64,000 nucleotides of DNA. It comes from Prochlorococcus sp. scB243_495K23. GTDB lineage: Bacteria; Cyanobacteriota; Cyanobacteriia; PCC-6307; Cyanobiaceae. Under the pieces are notes generated by a model that was not told the origin of the DNA, did no database searches, and worked only from the letters and a program-made list of their open reading frames with translations. A program made the position numbers and the translations under genes. This document shows, piece after piece, positions 1-9,926 of the stretch. How positions within the stretch are numbered: the first letter of the stretch is position 1; each line of letters begins with the position of its first letter. The stretch lies in the NCBI GenBank assembly GCA_000635495.1, contig JFLW01000089.1:75614-139613 (forward strand). Reading direction: 5' to 3'.

Positions 1-291
1 CACCCAGCTAATATTAATTTGTTTAGATTTATGTTTAATGCCGTTGGACGATATCAGGTTTAAAAAACCTTTATCAGTGATAAAATCGATATTCTTTTTT
101 TTTGAAAAACTGTCATTCTCCCCTCCTAGATATTGCTTCAGACCAATTAAAAATTTTCCTTTTTTAATTTCATTATTGAGTTCGACCTTTTGCAATTCTT
201 CTGCTTTTATAATTGAAGTAAATTTTGTATTTATTAATAAAAGAGAAATACATCCTAAGAATAACTTTAAAAAGGCAAATTTAAGTTTCAT
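1..291 (-). CDS. Hypothetical exported protein, N-terminal fragment (ORF continues past the left window edge)
   Basis: My own reverse-strand translation from the ATG at 291-289 gives MKLKFAFLKLFLGCISLLLINTKFTSIIKAEELQK... It stays open for 97 codons to position 1. The N-terminus is hydrophobic and signal-peptide-like. It is absent from the ORF track because it has no in-window stop. Family not recognised. Confidence 0.4.
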   Translation of the reverse strand, partial: MKLKFAFLKLFLGCISLLLINTKFTSIIKAEELQKVELNNEIKKGKFLIGLKQYLGGENDSFSKKKNIDFITDKGFLNLISSNGIKHKSKQINISWV

Positions 292-382
292 AAGTTAGAA
301 CTTTCCTTATCAATTAAAAACTTTAATTTGCACCAATGCGTATAAAGGTTTAGATTATCCTAATTAAACACATTTGACTTAA

Positions 383-580
383 ATGTCTAAACTAAAAACT
401 CGTAAATCAGCTGCCAAAAGATTTAAAGCTACAGCGACGGGTAAATTCATGAGAAGAAGAGCTTTCCATAATCATTTACTTGATCATAAAAGCTCAAAAT
501 TAAAAAGACATCTCTCAACAAAAGCAGTAGTTGATGAAAGAGATGCTGATAATGTAAGATTAATGATTCCATACGCATAA
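383..580 (+). CDS. rpmI: 50S ribosomal protein L35
   Basis: 65-aa basic protein [31 protein letters not shown], a typical L35 N-terminus. It lies immediately upstream of rplT, as in the conserved rpmI-rplT pair. Confidence 0.95.
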
Positions 581-611
581 ATCTTAAACCAATTTTTTTT
601 ATTAGATATTC

Positions 612-959
612 ATGGCACGCGTAAAAAGAGGCAACATAGCCAGAAAAAGAAGAAACAAAATCTTAAATCTTGCAAAAGGTTTTAGAGGTGGCAACAAAAA
701 TCTTTTCAGAACCGCCAACCAAAGAGTAATGAAAGCTCTTTGTAATGCTTATAGGGATAGAAGAAGAAGAAAAAGAGATTTTAGAAGACTTTGGATTTCT
801 AGAATTAACGCATCTGCCAGAATAAATGGAACTAACTATAGCAAGTTGATAAATGGCATGAAAAATTCACAAATTATTATTAATAGAAAAATGCTTGCTC
901 AATTAGCCCTAAACGATCCTGAGTGCTTTGAAAAAATTGTTTCTTCCGTTAGTAAGTAA
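612..959 (+). CDS. rplT: 50S ribosomal protein L20
   Basis: 115 aa, [27 protein letters not shown]..., the canonical L20 N-terminus. It starts 32 nt after rpmI. Confidence 0.95.
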   Translation: MARVKRGNIARKRRNKILNLAKGFRGGNKNLFRTANQRVMKALCNAYRDRRRRKRDFRRLWISRINASARINGTNYSKLINGMKNSQIIINRKMLAQLALNDPECFEKIVSSVSK

Positions 960-993
960 AAAAAGAATATAATCTAGAAAAGTAAATTTAATA

Positions 994-1551
994 ATGGAAA
1001 TATCTTCCTTTCAATCTTATTTAATAATTCTTTTTATTGTATTAGTAATAATTTCTATTTTTGTATTCAGACAATTTCTAAAAACAAGAAGTGTAGAATT
1101 AAATTTAGTAAAATTCGAGCAGAAAGGTTTAGATTCTCTCACCCAAGCTGCAGAATTATATGAATTTGGGTCTATTCAGATTAAAAAAAGATTATATTCT
1201 GAAGCAACTAAAACTTTTTTAAAAGCAATTGAAAATTATGAAAATGAACCTGATGAAGCCAAAGCAATAATTAATAATGCTTTAGGATTCTCTTATGCTG
1301 CTCAAAATGAATTTAAGAAAGCAATTAAACACTATAACTCTGCAATAAAATCGCTCCCAGAATATCCTATAGCTCTAAATAACCTCGCATCAGCACAACA
1401 GCGTCTACTTGATTACGACTTAGCATATGCAACTTATCAAAAGGTTTTGGTGATAGATCCAAAAAATAAAACAGCAATTAAAAAAAGTAAAGAGTTAGAA
1501 AAAAGAAACAACTATAAACCTTATACAGGTATTAAAGATAAGGGATTCTAA
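994..1551 (+). CDS. Membrane-anchored TPR-repeat protein (architecture resembles Ycf37-type TPR proteins; tentative)
   Basis: It has an N-terminal hydrophobic helix (YLIILFIVLVIISIFVF). Repeated A-x-x-Y/F-x-x-A-I/L TPR-like units follow (ATKTFLKAIENY, AIKHYNSAIKSLP, AYATYQKVLVIDP). The exact family is not verifiable here. Confidence 0.7.
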   Translation: MEISSFQSYLIILFIVLVIISIFVFRQFLKTRSVELNLVKFEQKGLDSLTQAAELYEFGSIQIKKRLYSEATKTFLKAIENYENEPDEAKAIINNALGFSYAAQNEFKKAIKHYNSAIKSLPEYPIALNNLASAQQRLLDYDLAYATYQKVLVIDPKNKTAIKKSKELEKRNNYKPYTGIKDKGF

Positions 1552-1554
1552 AAT

Positions 1555-2349
1555 ATGGAAAATTATTCGTCTTTAATAATTGAAGGAAAACAATTTTCAA
1601 GTAGATTAATGGTGGGCACTGGCAAATACAAATCTACACAAGATATGGTAGAAAGTTTGTCAAATTCTGAAACAGAAATTATAACCGTCGCTGTTAGAAG
1701 AATTAAAAATAATCAGGCCGGTGAAAATTTACTCGAAAAGATCAACTGGAAAAAATACTGGATGCTTCCTAATACAGCTGGTTGTGTTAATTCCGATGAG
1801 GCAGTGAGAATAGCAATTTTGGGAAGAGAGCTTGCAAAATTGTCTGGTCAAGAAGAAAATAATTTTGTGAAGTTAGAAGTTATTCCTGACAAAAAGTATT
1901 TGCTACCAGATCCAATAGAAACTCTTAAAGCAGCCGAAATTTTAATAAAAAAGGGGTTCGCTGTACTACCTTATATCAATGCAGATCCTATTCTTGCAAA
2001 AAGACTAGAAGAAATAGGTTGTGTAACTGTAATGCCATTGGGCTCTCCCATAGGCTCCGGGCAAGGTTTATTAAATTTATCAAATATAAGGATTATTATT
2101 GAAAATGCAAAAGTGCCAGTAATAATTGACGCAGGAATTGGGGTGCCTAGTGAAGCTTCTCAAGCCATGGAAATTGGAGCTGATGGTGTCTTAATCAATA
2201 GTGCAATAGCACAATCTGCAAATCCCCCTCTAATGGCTCAAGCGATAAATTATAGTGTGAAAGCTGGCAGGCAAGCTTTTCTGGCAGGTAGAATTAAAAA
2301 ACAAGACTTTGCAGTAGCAAGTTCGCCGAAAAAAAATATATCTATCTAA
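1555..2349 (+). CDS. thiG: Thiazole synthase ThiG
   Basis: 264 aa with [24 protein letters not shown] and [13 protein letters not shown] segments characteristic of ThiG. Confidence 0.93.
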   Translation: MENYSSLIIEGKQFSSRLMVGTGKYKSTQDMVESLSNSETEIITVAVRRIKNNQAGENLLEKINWKKYWMLPNTAGCVNSDEAVRIAILGRELAKLSGQEENNFVKLEVIPDKKYLLPDPIETLKAAEILIKKGFAVLPYINADPILAKRLEEIGCVTVMPLGSPIGSGQGLLNLSNIRIIIENAKVPVIIDAGIGVPSEASQAMEIGADGVLINSAIAQSANPPLMAQAINYSVKAGRQAFLAGRIKKQDFAVASSPKKNISI

Positions 2350-2519
2350 TTCTCTAAATTGAGAAAAGTTTAAAAAGAAAGTAAAAATTTATTATTTGCT
2401 TTTATTTATCGTATTAAGAAAGAAGATTTGAAACTATTTACAATATTTTTTCGCAAAGTGGAAGCACGCTGTAGTAATTTAATAAATATATTATGAATCT
2501 TTTAATTCTGGAGTTCTGA

Positions 2520-3713
2520 GTGAAAGTTATTGTTCTAGGTGGAGATGGTTTTTGCGGTTGGCCTTGTGCGGTGAATTTAGCAGAGCAAAATCATGATGTA
2601 ATTATTGTCGACAATTTAAGTCGTAGAAAAATTGATATTGATCTAGAGGTAGAATCTTTAACTCCAATTTCTTCTATAACAGAACGACTTTCTGCATGGG
2701 AAGAGACGGGAGGAAAGCCTATGAGATTTCTTAACATGGATATCTCTAAGCAATATCAAAAATTACTCAATTTGCTCATTGATGAAAAACCAGATTCCGT
2801 GATCCATTTTGCAGAACAGAGAGCAGCACCATACTCGATGAAATCGAGTTTTACCAAAAGATATACAGTAGATAATAATGTTAATGGCACCCACAACCTC
2901 CTTGCTGCGATAGTAGAGAGTAATTTAGATATTCATGTTGTTCATTTAGGAACAATGGGAGTCTACGGATATGGATCACATAGAGGTGCAACAATTCCAG
3001 AAGGTTATCTAAAAGTTGAAGTTCCTCAACCTGATGGAAGCCGCTTTGAAGAAGAAATATTACACCCTGCAAGCCCAGGTAGTGTCTACCATATGACTAA
3101 AACTTTAGATCAACTATTATTTCTTTACTACAACAAAAATGATCTTGTAAGGATCACTGATCTACATCAAGGCATTGTTTGGGGAACTAATACAGAAGCA
3201 ACTTTAAAAGATCCTAGATTGACAAACCGATTTGACTATGACGGAGATTATGGAACTGTTTTAAACAGATTTCTAATGCAAGCTGCAATTGGATATCCAT
3301 TAAGTGTTCATGGGACAGGAGGTCAAACAAGAGCATTTATACATATAAAAGACTCTGTAAAATGCGTACAACTTGCTCTTGAAAATCCTCCAAAATCTGG
3401 AGAAAGAGTCAAAATCTTTAATCAAATGACTGAGAGTCATCAAGTTGGAGAACTAGCTAAAAAAGTTGCTTCTCTAACTGGAGCTGATATCAATTATTTA
3501 CCAAATCCAAGGAATGAAGCAGTAGAAAATGATCTAATTGTTGATAATAAATGTTTTATAGAATTAGGTTTAAACCCAACTACTCTTGATAATGGCTTAT
3601 TAGAAGAAGTTGTTGAAGTTGCTAAAAAATACTCCAATAGATGTGATCTTAATCGCATACCTTGTGTTTCATCCTGGACAAAAAAACAAGCTGAGGCTAT
3701 AAAGACTAATTAA
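2520..3713 (+). CDS. sqdB: UDP-sulfoquinovose synthase (SDR family)
   Basis: GTG start. The N-terminal Rossmann motif VLGGDGFCGW and the catalytic YHMTK (YxxxK) are present. The length of 397 aa and the adjacent sqdX-type glycosyltransferase fit SqdB. Confidence 0.9.
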   Translation: MKVIVLGGDGFCGWPCAVNLAEQNHDVIIVDNLSRRKIDIDLEVESLTPISSITERLSAWEETGGKPMRFLNMDISKQYQKLLNLLIDEKPDSVIHFAEQRAAPYSMKSSFTKRYTVDNNVNGTHNLLAAIVESNLDIHVVHLGTMGVYGYGSHRGATIPEGYLKVEVPQPDGSRFEEEILHPASPGSVYHMTKTLDQLLFLYYNKNDLVRITDLHQGIVWGTNTEATLKDPRLTNRFDYDGDYGTVLNRFLMQAAIGYPLSVHGTGGQTRAFIHIKDSVKCVQLALENPPKSGERVKIFNQMTESHQVGELAKKVASLTGADINYLPNPRNEAVENDLIVDNKCFIELGLNPTTLDNGLLEEVVEVAKKYSNRCDLNRIPCVSSWTKKQAEAIKTN

Positions 3714-3740
3714 AATTTTTGAAATATTTAACTTAAGAAA

Positions 3741-4874
3741 GTGAAAATTGCATTGTTTACTGAAACTTTTTTACCTAAAGTTGACGGCATAGTTACAAGA
3801 CTGACTAAAACAATTGAATTTTTAATAAAAAATGGTGATGAAGTTATAGTTTTTTGTCCAGAGGGGTGTCCAGAATCATATATGGGAGCAACTGTAGAGG
3901 GAGTTGCTGCAATGCCATTACCCTTATACCCAGAGTTGAAGCTTGGTTTACCAGGTCCTGCAGTCTCAGATAAGTTAGAAAAATTTAACCCAGATTTGAT
4001 ACATGTTGTTAATCCAGCTGTACTTGGCTTAGGTGGCATATGGTTGGCGAAAACTAATAATATTCCTTTAATTGCTAGCTACCATACTCATCTTCCGAAA
4101 TATCTGGAACATTACGGTATGGGTATGCTAGAACCACTTTTGTGGGAATTACTTAAAGCAGCTCATAATCAAGCCTTGTTAAATTTGTGTACTTCCACCG
4201 CTATGGTCAATGAATTAAAAGATAAAGGTATTCAAAGGACTGCTCTTTGGCAAAGAGGAGTAGATACTTACAGTTTCAGACCAGATTTAAGAAGTGAGAA
4301 AATGAGAGATAAATTATTTGGAAAATATAAAGATGCTAATTATTTATTGATTTATGTAGGAAGATTATCAGCAGAAAAGCAAATTGAGAGAATTAAACCA
4401 GTCTTAGAAAGTATCCCTAATGCCTGTCTAGCACTTGTAGGTGACGGACCGTATAGAAACCAGCTTGAAAAAATCTTCGAAAATACCAAGACTAATTTCA
4501 TAGGATATTTATCTGGTGATGAACTTGCTAGCGCCTATGCCTCTGGAGATATATTCTTATTTCCCTCTAGTACAGAAACACTTGGTTTAGTTTTACTCGA
4601 AGCAATGGCAGCAGGATGTCCAGTTATCGGAGCCAACAAGGGGGGGATTCCAGATATAATTAGCGATGGGATTAATGGTTGTTTATATGATCCAGATGAA
4701 AAAGATAATGGGGTACAAAGTTTGATTGAAGCAACAAAAAAAATTCTAGAGAATGAAGATAAAAGAGAAATTATGAGAAAAGAGGCACGAAACGAAGCAG
4801 AAAAATGGGATTGGAATCAAGCAACGTTACAACTACAAAATTATTATTCAGATACGCTCAAAGAAATAGATTAA
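3741..4874 (+). CDS. sqdX: GT4 glycosyltransferase, sulfoquinovosyl-diacylglycerol synthase type
   Basis: GTG start. MKIALFTETFLPKVDGI is a typical GT4 N-terminus. The C-terminal LLEAMAAGCPVIGANKGGIPDII is a GT-B donor-binding motif. The gene lies directly downstream of sqdB. Confidence 0.8.
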   Translation: MKIALFTETFLPKVDGIVTRLTKTIEFLIKNGDEVIVFCPEGCPESYMGATVEGVAAMPLPLYPELKLGLPGPAVSDKLEKFNPDLIHVVNPAVLGLGGIWLAKTNNIPLIASYHTHLPKYLEHYGMGMLEPLLWELLKAAHNQALLNLCTSTAMVNELKDKGIQRTALWQRGVDTYSFRPDLRSEKMRDKLFGKYKDANYLLIYVGRLSAEKQIERIKPVLESIPNACLALVGDGPYRNQLEKIFENTKTNFIGYLSGDELASAYASGDIFLFPSSTETLGLVLLEAMAAGCPVIGANKGGIPDIISDGINGCLYDPDEKDNGVQSLIEATKKILENEDKREIMRKEARNEAEKWDWNQATLQLQNYYSDTLKEID

Positions 4875-4890
4875 ATTTTTATCTAAATTA

Positions 4891-5139
4891 TTATGCTACG
4901 TGTGGGGGCGTAGGATTACTATATGAACTTAAAGGAAGTATTAGAGTAGCTATATTTTGATTCTTTTCAGGCCTTTTTTTCTTTGAGAATTTTTTACCAA
5001 AAGGTACTCTAATAACATTAGTCCCATCAATGGAACAAATATTTGAGTTATCTCCAGAAAAATTATTTACAAAATTTGGTAAGTTGACGTGTTTAACTGG
5101 CAGTTGCTTAACATTACCAGATTTAAAATCCTTAGTCAT
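4891..5139 (-). CDS. Hypothetical small protein (82 aa)
   Basis: The ORF is co-oriented with and downstream of gcvP. It has no recognisable motif. The composition is plausible for this genome, but support rests on the ORF alone. Confidence 0.3.
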   Translation of the reverse strand: MTKDFKSGNVKQLPVKHVNLPNFVNNFSGDNSNICSIDGTNVIRVPFGKKFSKKKRPEKNQNIATLILPLSSYSNPTPPHVA

Positions 5140-5268
5140 AGCTTCAAATACCCCAAAAAATTTGATGCTCGTATATCTTAATAAAAAAATTTAAAAAAAT
5201 TCTATAAGAAAATATTAAATTTTTATTCACATTGATAATAACTAAGTAAATGCAGAGACGCTAGTCCT

Positions 5269-8178
5269 TTAAGCACATTTTTTTTCTTCTAAAGTCTCAT
5301 CTTGATTTACATTGCAAGAACAAATTAAATTGCGATCTCCGTAAGCATTATTGATCCTTGAAACTGAAGACCAAAACTTAATAGTTGTTGGAGTTTTATA
5401 AGGGAAAGAAGCCTTTTCTTTTGAATAAGGATATTGCCAATTATCAGCAATTAACTCTTTCAGCGTATGGGGTGCATTGCTTATTACATTATTATTTTTT
5501 AACTCATGATTATTTTCTATTTCACTGATTTCTTCTCCAATCAATAGCATAGCCTCACAAAATCTATCTACTTCTGCCAAACTTTCACTTTCAGTGGGCT
5601 CTATCATTATGGTTTCTGGAACAGGCCAACTAATAGTTGGGGCATGAAAACTATAATCAATTAATCGTTTAGCTAAATCATTGACACTCAATCCAGTTTT
5701 GGATTTTAAATCTCTAAAATCTAAAATGCATTCATGTGCGACAAAATTATTTTTTCCTTTATAGAGGATCTTGAATTTATGTTTTAAGGAATGCGCAATA
5801 TAATTTGCAGATAATATTGCGTGAGAAGTTGCTTTCCTTAACCCACTAAGACCTGCCATTTTTATATACATCCAACTTATTGGAAGAATACTTGCACTCC
5901 CATGCTTGGCAGAAGATACGAAATTAAAACTATTAGATAAATAATTATCCATTAAGGAATGAGTAGGAAGGTATGGGCTTAAAGTTTCTGATGCAGCAAC
6001 TGGACCTACTCCTGGACCACCTCCTCCATGTGGAATGCAGAATGTTTTATGTAAATTCAAATGACAAACATCAACTCCATAGTTTCCAGGTTTGCATAAT
6101 CCAACCTGAGCATTCAAATTTGCTCCATCTAAATAGACAAATCCTCCCACAGAATGAATTAAATCACATATCTTTCTGATTTGTAATTCAAAAACTCCAT
6201 GAGTAGAGGGATAAGTCAACATAAGAGCCCCTATTTGGTTATCAAATTGCTTTACCTTGATTGACAAATCTTGATAATCAATATTTCCTTCATCATCACA
6301 TTCAACTGTTAACACTTCAAAACCTGCCATAACTGCACTAGCAGGATTTGTTCCATGAGCACTTTTGGGAATTAAACATTTTTTTCTTAACAGTTCACCT
6401 TTTGATTCAAAATAAGAATTAATTGCCAATAAACCTGCAAACTCTCCCTGTGAGCCTGCATTTGGTTGAAAAGAAACTGATTTTAAACCAACAATCTCAC
6501 TTATCCATTTTTCTAGGTCAGATATAATTTTTGAATAGCCTTTAGTTTGATCTGGTGGAGAAAAAGGATGCATGGAAGATAAATTAGCCCAAGAGACTGG
6601 ATTTAACTCTGCTGCAGAATTTAACTTCATAGTGCAGCTTCCCAATGGCATCATCCCATCTACCAAAGAAAAATCTTTTTCTGCAAGTCGGAATATATAT
6701 CTCATTAATTCAGTTTCACTTTGGTAATTTGTGAATATATCTTGCTGCATCCATGCACTAGATCTCAAAGCTAAACTTTCAAGATGAAATTCTTTGTCAA
6801 ATTTTATATGATCTAAATCTTCTTCTTTTTCTATAAGGTTTGCTATAAAAGTCAAAATATCTTTTATTTCTTTTTCATTACTAAGCTCATCTAAAGAGAT
6901 CCCAAAACCAGTTGAATTTTCAATAGTTGATCCCAACGGCAAAATTCTTAAATTATAGCCATTTTTTAAAGCTTCATTATGGATCCTATGGGAGTGCTCA
7001 GAATAAACATCAATACTATCAAATCTAATCCCATTAGGAATATCAAAACCTAAAGCAGCTAAACCTGATTCTAAATTGATTCTCAACTCAACTAATCTCT
7101 TAGCAATTTGCGTTAATCCAGAGGGTCCATGATAAATAGCATAAAAAGAAGAAATTATGGCTAATAAAGATTGAGCAGTACAAATATTACTGGTGGCCTT
7201 TTCCCTTCTAATATGTTGCTCTCTTGTTTGCAATGCTAGCCTAAGAGACTTTTCTCCATTTTTAGAGAGAGTTTGCCCAACAATTCTTCCGGGTATCAGC
7301 CTTTTATATTTTTCGCTACAAGCAAAATATGCTGCATGGGGGCCACCAAAACCCATTGGTAGACCAAATCTTTGCATACTACCCACTGCTACATCAACAC
7401 CAAATTCAGAAATTGGTTTAATCAAAACTTGTGCTAGTGGATCAATACATGCCGTAACAATAATTTCTGATCTATGTGCTTGGGATATTAAAAATGTGGG
7501 ATCATATAATTGTCCATTTTTACCAGGTAATTGCAACAACATTCCAAAAACATCATCATGATTAGGAAGGTTGCTTTGAGTAAAGCGTTTTAAGGATATT
7601 CCCAAAGGTTTTGCTCTGGTTTGCAGAACATTAAAAGTATGATCAAAAACATTTGACTCCACTAAGTACACTTTTGAAGATTTATTTTTTCTTGCGGAAA
7701 AACTCATGGCCATAGCTTCTGCTGCAGCAGTACCCTCATCCAACAAAGATGCATTAGCGACAGGAAATCCTGTTAGTTCACAAACAATAGTCTGAAAATT
7801 AAATAGAGCTTCTAATCTTCCTTGTGCAATTTCTGCTTGATATGGAGTGTAAGACGTGTACCACCTTGGATTTTCAAGAACATGTCTTTGTATTACTTTA
7901 GGCATATGATTGTCATAATAACCAAGGCCTATAAGTGATCTCATTTTAGTATTTTTATTCGCAATCTCTTCTAATTCGTTTAAAGCCTCAATTTCTGAAC
8001 AACCTTGGGGCAATATTTCTGAAGATTTATCTTTAAGCTGAATATCTTCAGGAATAACTTGATTGATAAATTGATCAATATTATTAAAACCAAGCTTGTT
8101 CAGCATAATTCTTTCATCATTATCTCCTAACCCAAGATGCCTATCTATAAACAAATCAGACCCAAATTTAGATGTCAT
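5269..8178 (-). CDS. gcvP: Glycine dehydrogenase (decarboxylating), glycine cleavage P protein
   Basis: 969 aa single-chain P protein. The PLP-lysine region HLNLHKTFCIPHGGGGPGVGP is seen. It is adjacent to gcvH. Confidence 0.95.
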   Translation of the reverse strand: MTSKFGSDLFIDRHLGLGDNDERIMLNKLGFNNIDQFINQVIPEDIQLKDKSSEILPQGCSEIEALNELEEIANKNTKMRSLIGLGYYDNHMPKVIQRHVLENPRWYTSYTPYQAEIAQGRLEALFNFQTIVCELTGFPVANASLLDEGTAAAEAMAMSFSARKNKSSKVYLVESNVFDHTFNVLQTRAKPLGISLKRFTQSNLPNHDDVFGMLLQLPGKNGQLYDPTFLISQAHRSEIIVTACIDPLAQVLIKPISEFGVDVAVGSMQRFGLPMGFGGPHAAYFACSEKYKRLIPGRIVGQTLSKNGEKSLRLALQTREQHIRREKATSNICTAQSLLAIISSFYAIYHGPSGLTQIAKRLVELRINLESGLAALGFDIPNGIRFDSIDVYSEHSHRIHNEALKNGYNLRILPLGSTIENSTGFGISLDELSNEKEIKDILTFIANLIEKEEDLDHIKFDKEFHLESLALRSSAWMQQDIFTNYQSETELMRYIFRLAEKDFSLVDGMMPLGSCTMKLNSAAELNPVSWANLSSMHPFSPPDQTKGYSKIISDLEKWISEIVGLKSVSFQPNAGSQGEFAGLLAINSYFESKGELLRKKCLIPKSAHGTNPASAVMAGFEVLTVECDDEGNIDYQDLSIKVKQFDNQIGALMLTYPSTHGVFELQIRKICDLIHSVGGFVYLDGANLNAQVGLCKPGNYGVDVCHLNLHKTFCIPHGGGGPGVGPVAASETLSPYLPTHSLMDNYLSNSFNFVSSAKHGSASILPISWMYIKMAGLSGLRKATSHAILSANYIAHSLKHKFKILYKGKNNFVAHECILDFRDLKSKTGLSVNDLAKRLIDYSFHAPTISWPVPETIMIEPTESESLAEVDRFCEAMLLIGEEISEIENNHELKNNNVISNAPHTLKELIADNWQYPYSKEKASFPYKTPTTIKFWSSVSRINNAYGDRNLICSCNVNQDETLEEKKCA

Positions 8179-8223
8179 ATTGAAATATTTTTCTTTAAAA
8201 TAGCTCTTTTTAAAAAGTTTGTC

Positions 8224-8613
8224 TTATTTTGGTACAACCTTTGATTGATATTCCTCAGAGGTCATCAAATCAGCAATTGATGCTTTTGATTTTGGTTTCA
8301 AAATGACTAACCAACCGTCTCCAATCGGATCATTCTGTAAAAGCTCAGGGTTCTCAATAACACTTTCATTTACAGATACTATTTCCCCTGAAAAAGGTAG
8401 ATAGACTTCCTCAACTGCCTTAACTGATTCTATTGTTCCAAAAGTCTCGCCTCTCTCTAAAGTCGCACCTTCATCAGCTAATTCAACAAAAACAATATCT
8501 CCTAATTGATCTATAGCGAATTCACTAACTCCAATTTTTAATAATCCGTTTTCTTCCAACACATATTCATGAGTATCAGCATAGTTGAGGTTGTCTGGAA
8601 ACTTGTAAGACAT
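8224..8613 (-). CDS. gcvH: Glycine cleavage system H protein
   Basis: 129 aa. The lipoyl-lysine motif TIESVKAVEEV is present. Confidence 0.93.
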   Translation of the reverse strand: MSYKFPDNLNYADTHEYVLEENGLLKIGVSEFAIDQLGDIVFVELADEGATLERGETFGTIESVKAVEEVYLPFSGEIVSVNESVIENPELLQNDPIGDGWLVILKPKSKASIADLMTSEEYQSKVVPK

Positions 8614-8615
8614 GA

Positions 8616-9908
8616 TTAAGTAGATAAAGGAAGTAGAGAATCCCTTGAAATTAATTTTTCCTCTAATAGTTCAGATAATAATCGAATTAATGCAATTTTG
8701 ATGTGAGCTATGTGAGAACCACCTTGAACAAAAATATTGTAAGGATCTCTTAGAGGGGCATCAGCAGAAAATTCGCTTGTACTACCTTCAATAAAGGTAC
8801 CTCCTGCCATTAATAATTTTGAATCATATCCATCCATGGATGATGGAACAACATTCAGAAAAGAATCTACTGGTGAAGAATTTTGAAAAGACTGACAAAC
8901 TTTTTGTACCAAATCAGGATTATTCAATCTTACTGACTGAATAAGATCAGATCTATAAGTTGTTGGCTCTGGTAAAACCTTAAATCCCAAATTTTTAAAG
9001 ACTGCTGCAACCATATCAGCACCTTTTAGTGATTCGTGAACAATTTGTGGTGCTAAAAACAAACCCTGCAAAATTAATCTTCCTAGTCCAAAATTTATTC
9101 CTGCAGAAGAACCAATGCCTGGTGAGGTTAATCTAGAACATGCCATCTCAACCAACTCTGCATCTCCTGCAACGTACCCACCAGTAGGAACTATTGTTCC
9201 TCCCAAATTTTTAATCAATGATCCAGCAATTATATTTGCCCCTTTAGAAATTGGTTCACTATCTTCAACTAGCTCCCCATAACAGTTATCAACAAAACAT
9301 ATACAGTTAGGATCAAGAGAATGAATAAGACTACAAATTTTCTCTATCTGATTATTCGTAAGAGACTGTCTCCAACTATATCCACAACTTTTTTGTATGA
9401 ATACTAATTTGCATGAATTTTCTTTAAAAAAATGGACAATTTTTTCTTCAAAAGAATCAAAATTCTCGCAGATATTTACTTGCTTATATTCAATGTCAAA
9501 ATCTTTAAGTGATCCTTTTCCTCCTCCCCTTATTCCTATGACTTCTTCTAACGTGTCATATGGTTGTCCTGTAAGAGATAACATTACATCTCCAGGTCGA
9601 AGAATTCCAAATAAGACAGAACTTATTGCATGGGTTCCACTTACAAATTGCATCCTCACAGCAGCCTTTTCAGCAAGAAACAATCTTGCAAAAACCGCAT
9701 CAATTTTTTCTCTAGATATATCATCATGACCACTACCAGAAGATTGATTGAAATGACTAGTAGAAACTTTTTCTTCCTTAAAAATTGTCAAAATATTTTC
9801 TAATTTCTGGAAAACCTGATTGGACCTTTCTTGGAAAACTTTACTTAAACTCTCTTCGACAGAAAGAACAGCGTTTTCAGCTAGTTTTAAATTATTGTTA
9901 TTTGTCAT
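8616..9908 (-). CDS. PLP-dependent C-S lyase-like enzyme (YnbB / 'aluminium resistance protein' family)
   Basis: 430 aa. The segment GSLIKNLGGTIVPTGGY contains the presumed PLP lysine typical of this family. The overall size fits. Its stop lies 2 nt upstream of the gcvH start. Confidence 0.7.
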   Translation of the reverse strand: MTNNNNLKLAENAVLSVEESLSKVFQERSNQVFQKLENILTIFKEEKVSTSHFNQSSGSGHDDISREKIDAVFARLFLAEKAAVRMQFVSGTHAISSVLFGILRPGDVMLSLTGQPYDTLEEVIGIRGGGKGSLKDFDIEYKQVNICENFDSFEEKIVHFFKENSCKLVFIQKSCGYSWRQSLTNNQIEKICSLIHSLDPNCICFVDNCYGELVEDSEPISKGANIIAGSLIKNLGGTIVPTGGYVAGDAELVEMACSRLTSPGIGSSAGINFGLGRLILQGLFLAPQIVHESLKGADMVAAVFKNLGFKVLPEPTTYRSDLIQSVRLNNPDLVQKVCQSFQNSSPVDSFLNVVPSSMDGYDSKLLMAGGTFIEGSTSEFSADAPLRDPYNIFVQGGSHIAHIKIALIRLLSELLEEKLISRDSLLPLST

Positions 9909-9926
9909 TTATTATTAAAACTCATC

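Noticed and set aside
38-298. 86-aa plus-strand ORF at the left edge
   Set aside because: Its sequence is phenylalanine/serine-rich and nonsense-like. It lies exactly antisense to a more protein-like minus-strand ORF with a signal peptide that runs off the window, so I treat it as a shadow ORF.
2350-2365. Weak stem-loop TTCTC-taaatt-GAGAA right after the thiG stop as a terminator
   Set aside because: The stem is only 5 bp and there is no convincing U-tract, so it is indistinguishable from chance in this composition.
7193-7561. 122-aa ORF antisense within gcvP. Similar antisense ORFs lie inside sqdX (3728-4039), the PLP enzyme (9397-9729), the MFS gene (35216-35599), acnB (42111-42401, 42915-43244), uvrA (57018-57317), dnaK (48575-48832) and others
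   Set aside because: All are embedded opposite long genes with strong motif support. They have odd composition (rich in S, L, P, F and C) and lack motifs. They are typical shadow frames in AT-rich DNA.
8179-8223. Possible glycine riboswitch or leader upstream of the gcv genes (also 25995-26026 upstream of gcvT)
   Set aside because: The spacers are only 45 nt and 32 nt, too short for the glycine riboswitch aptamer(s). No conserved aptamer-like structure was seen.
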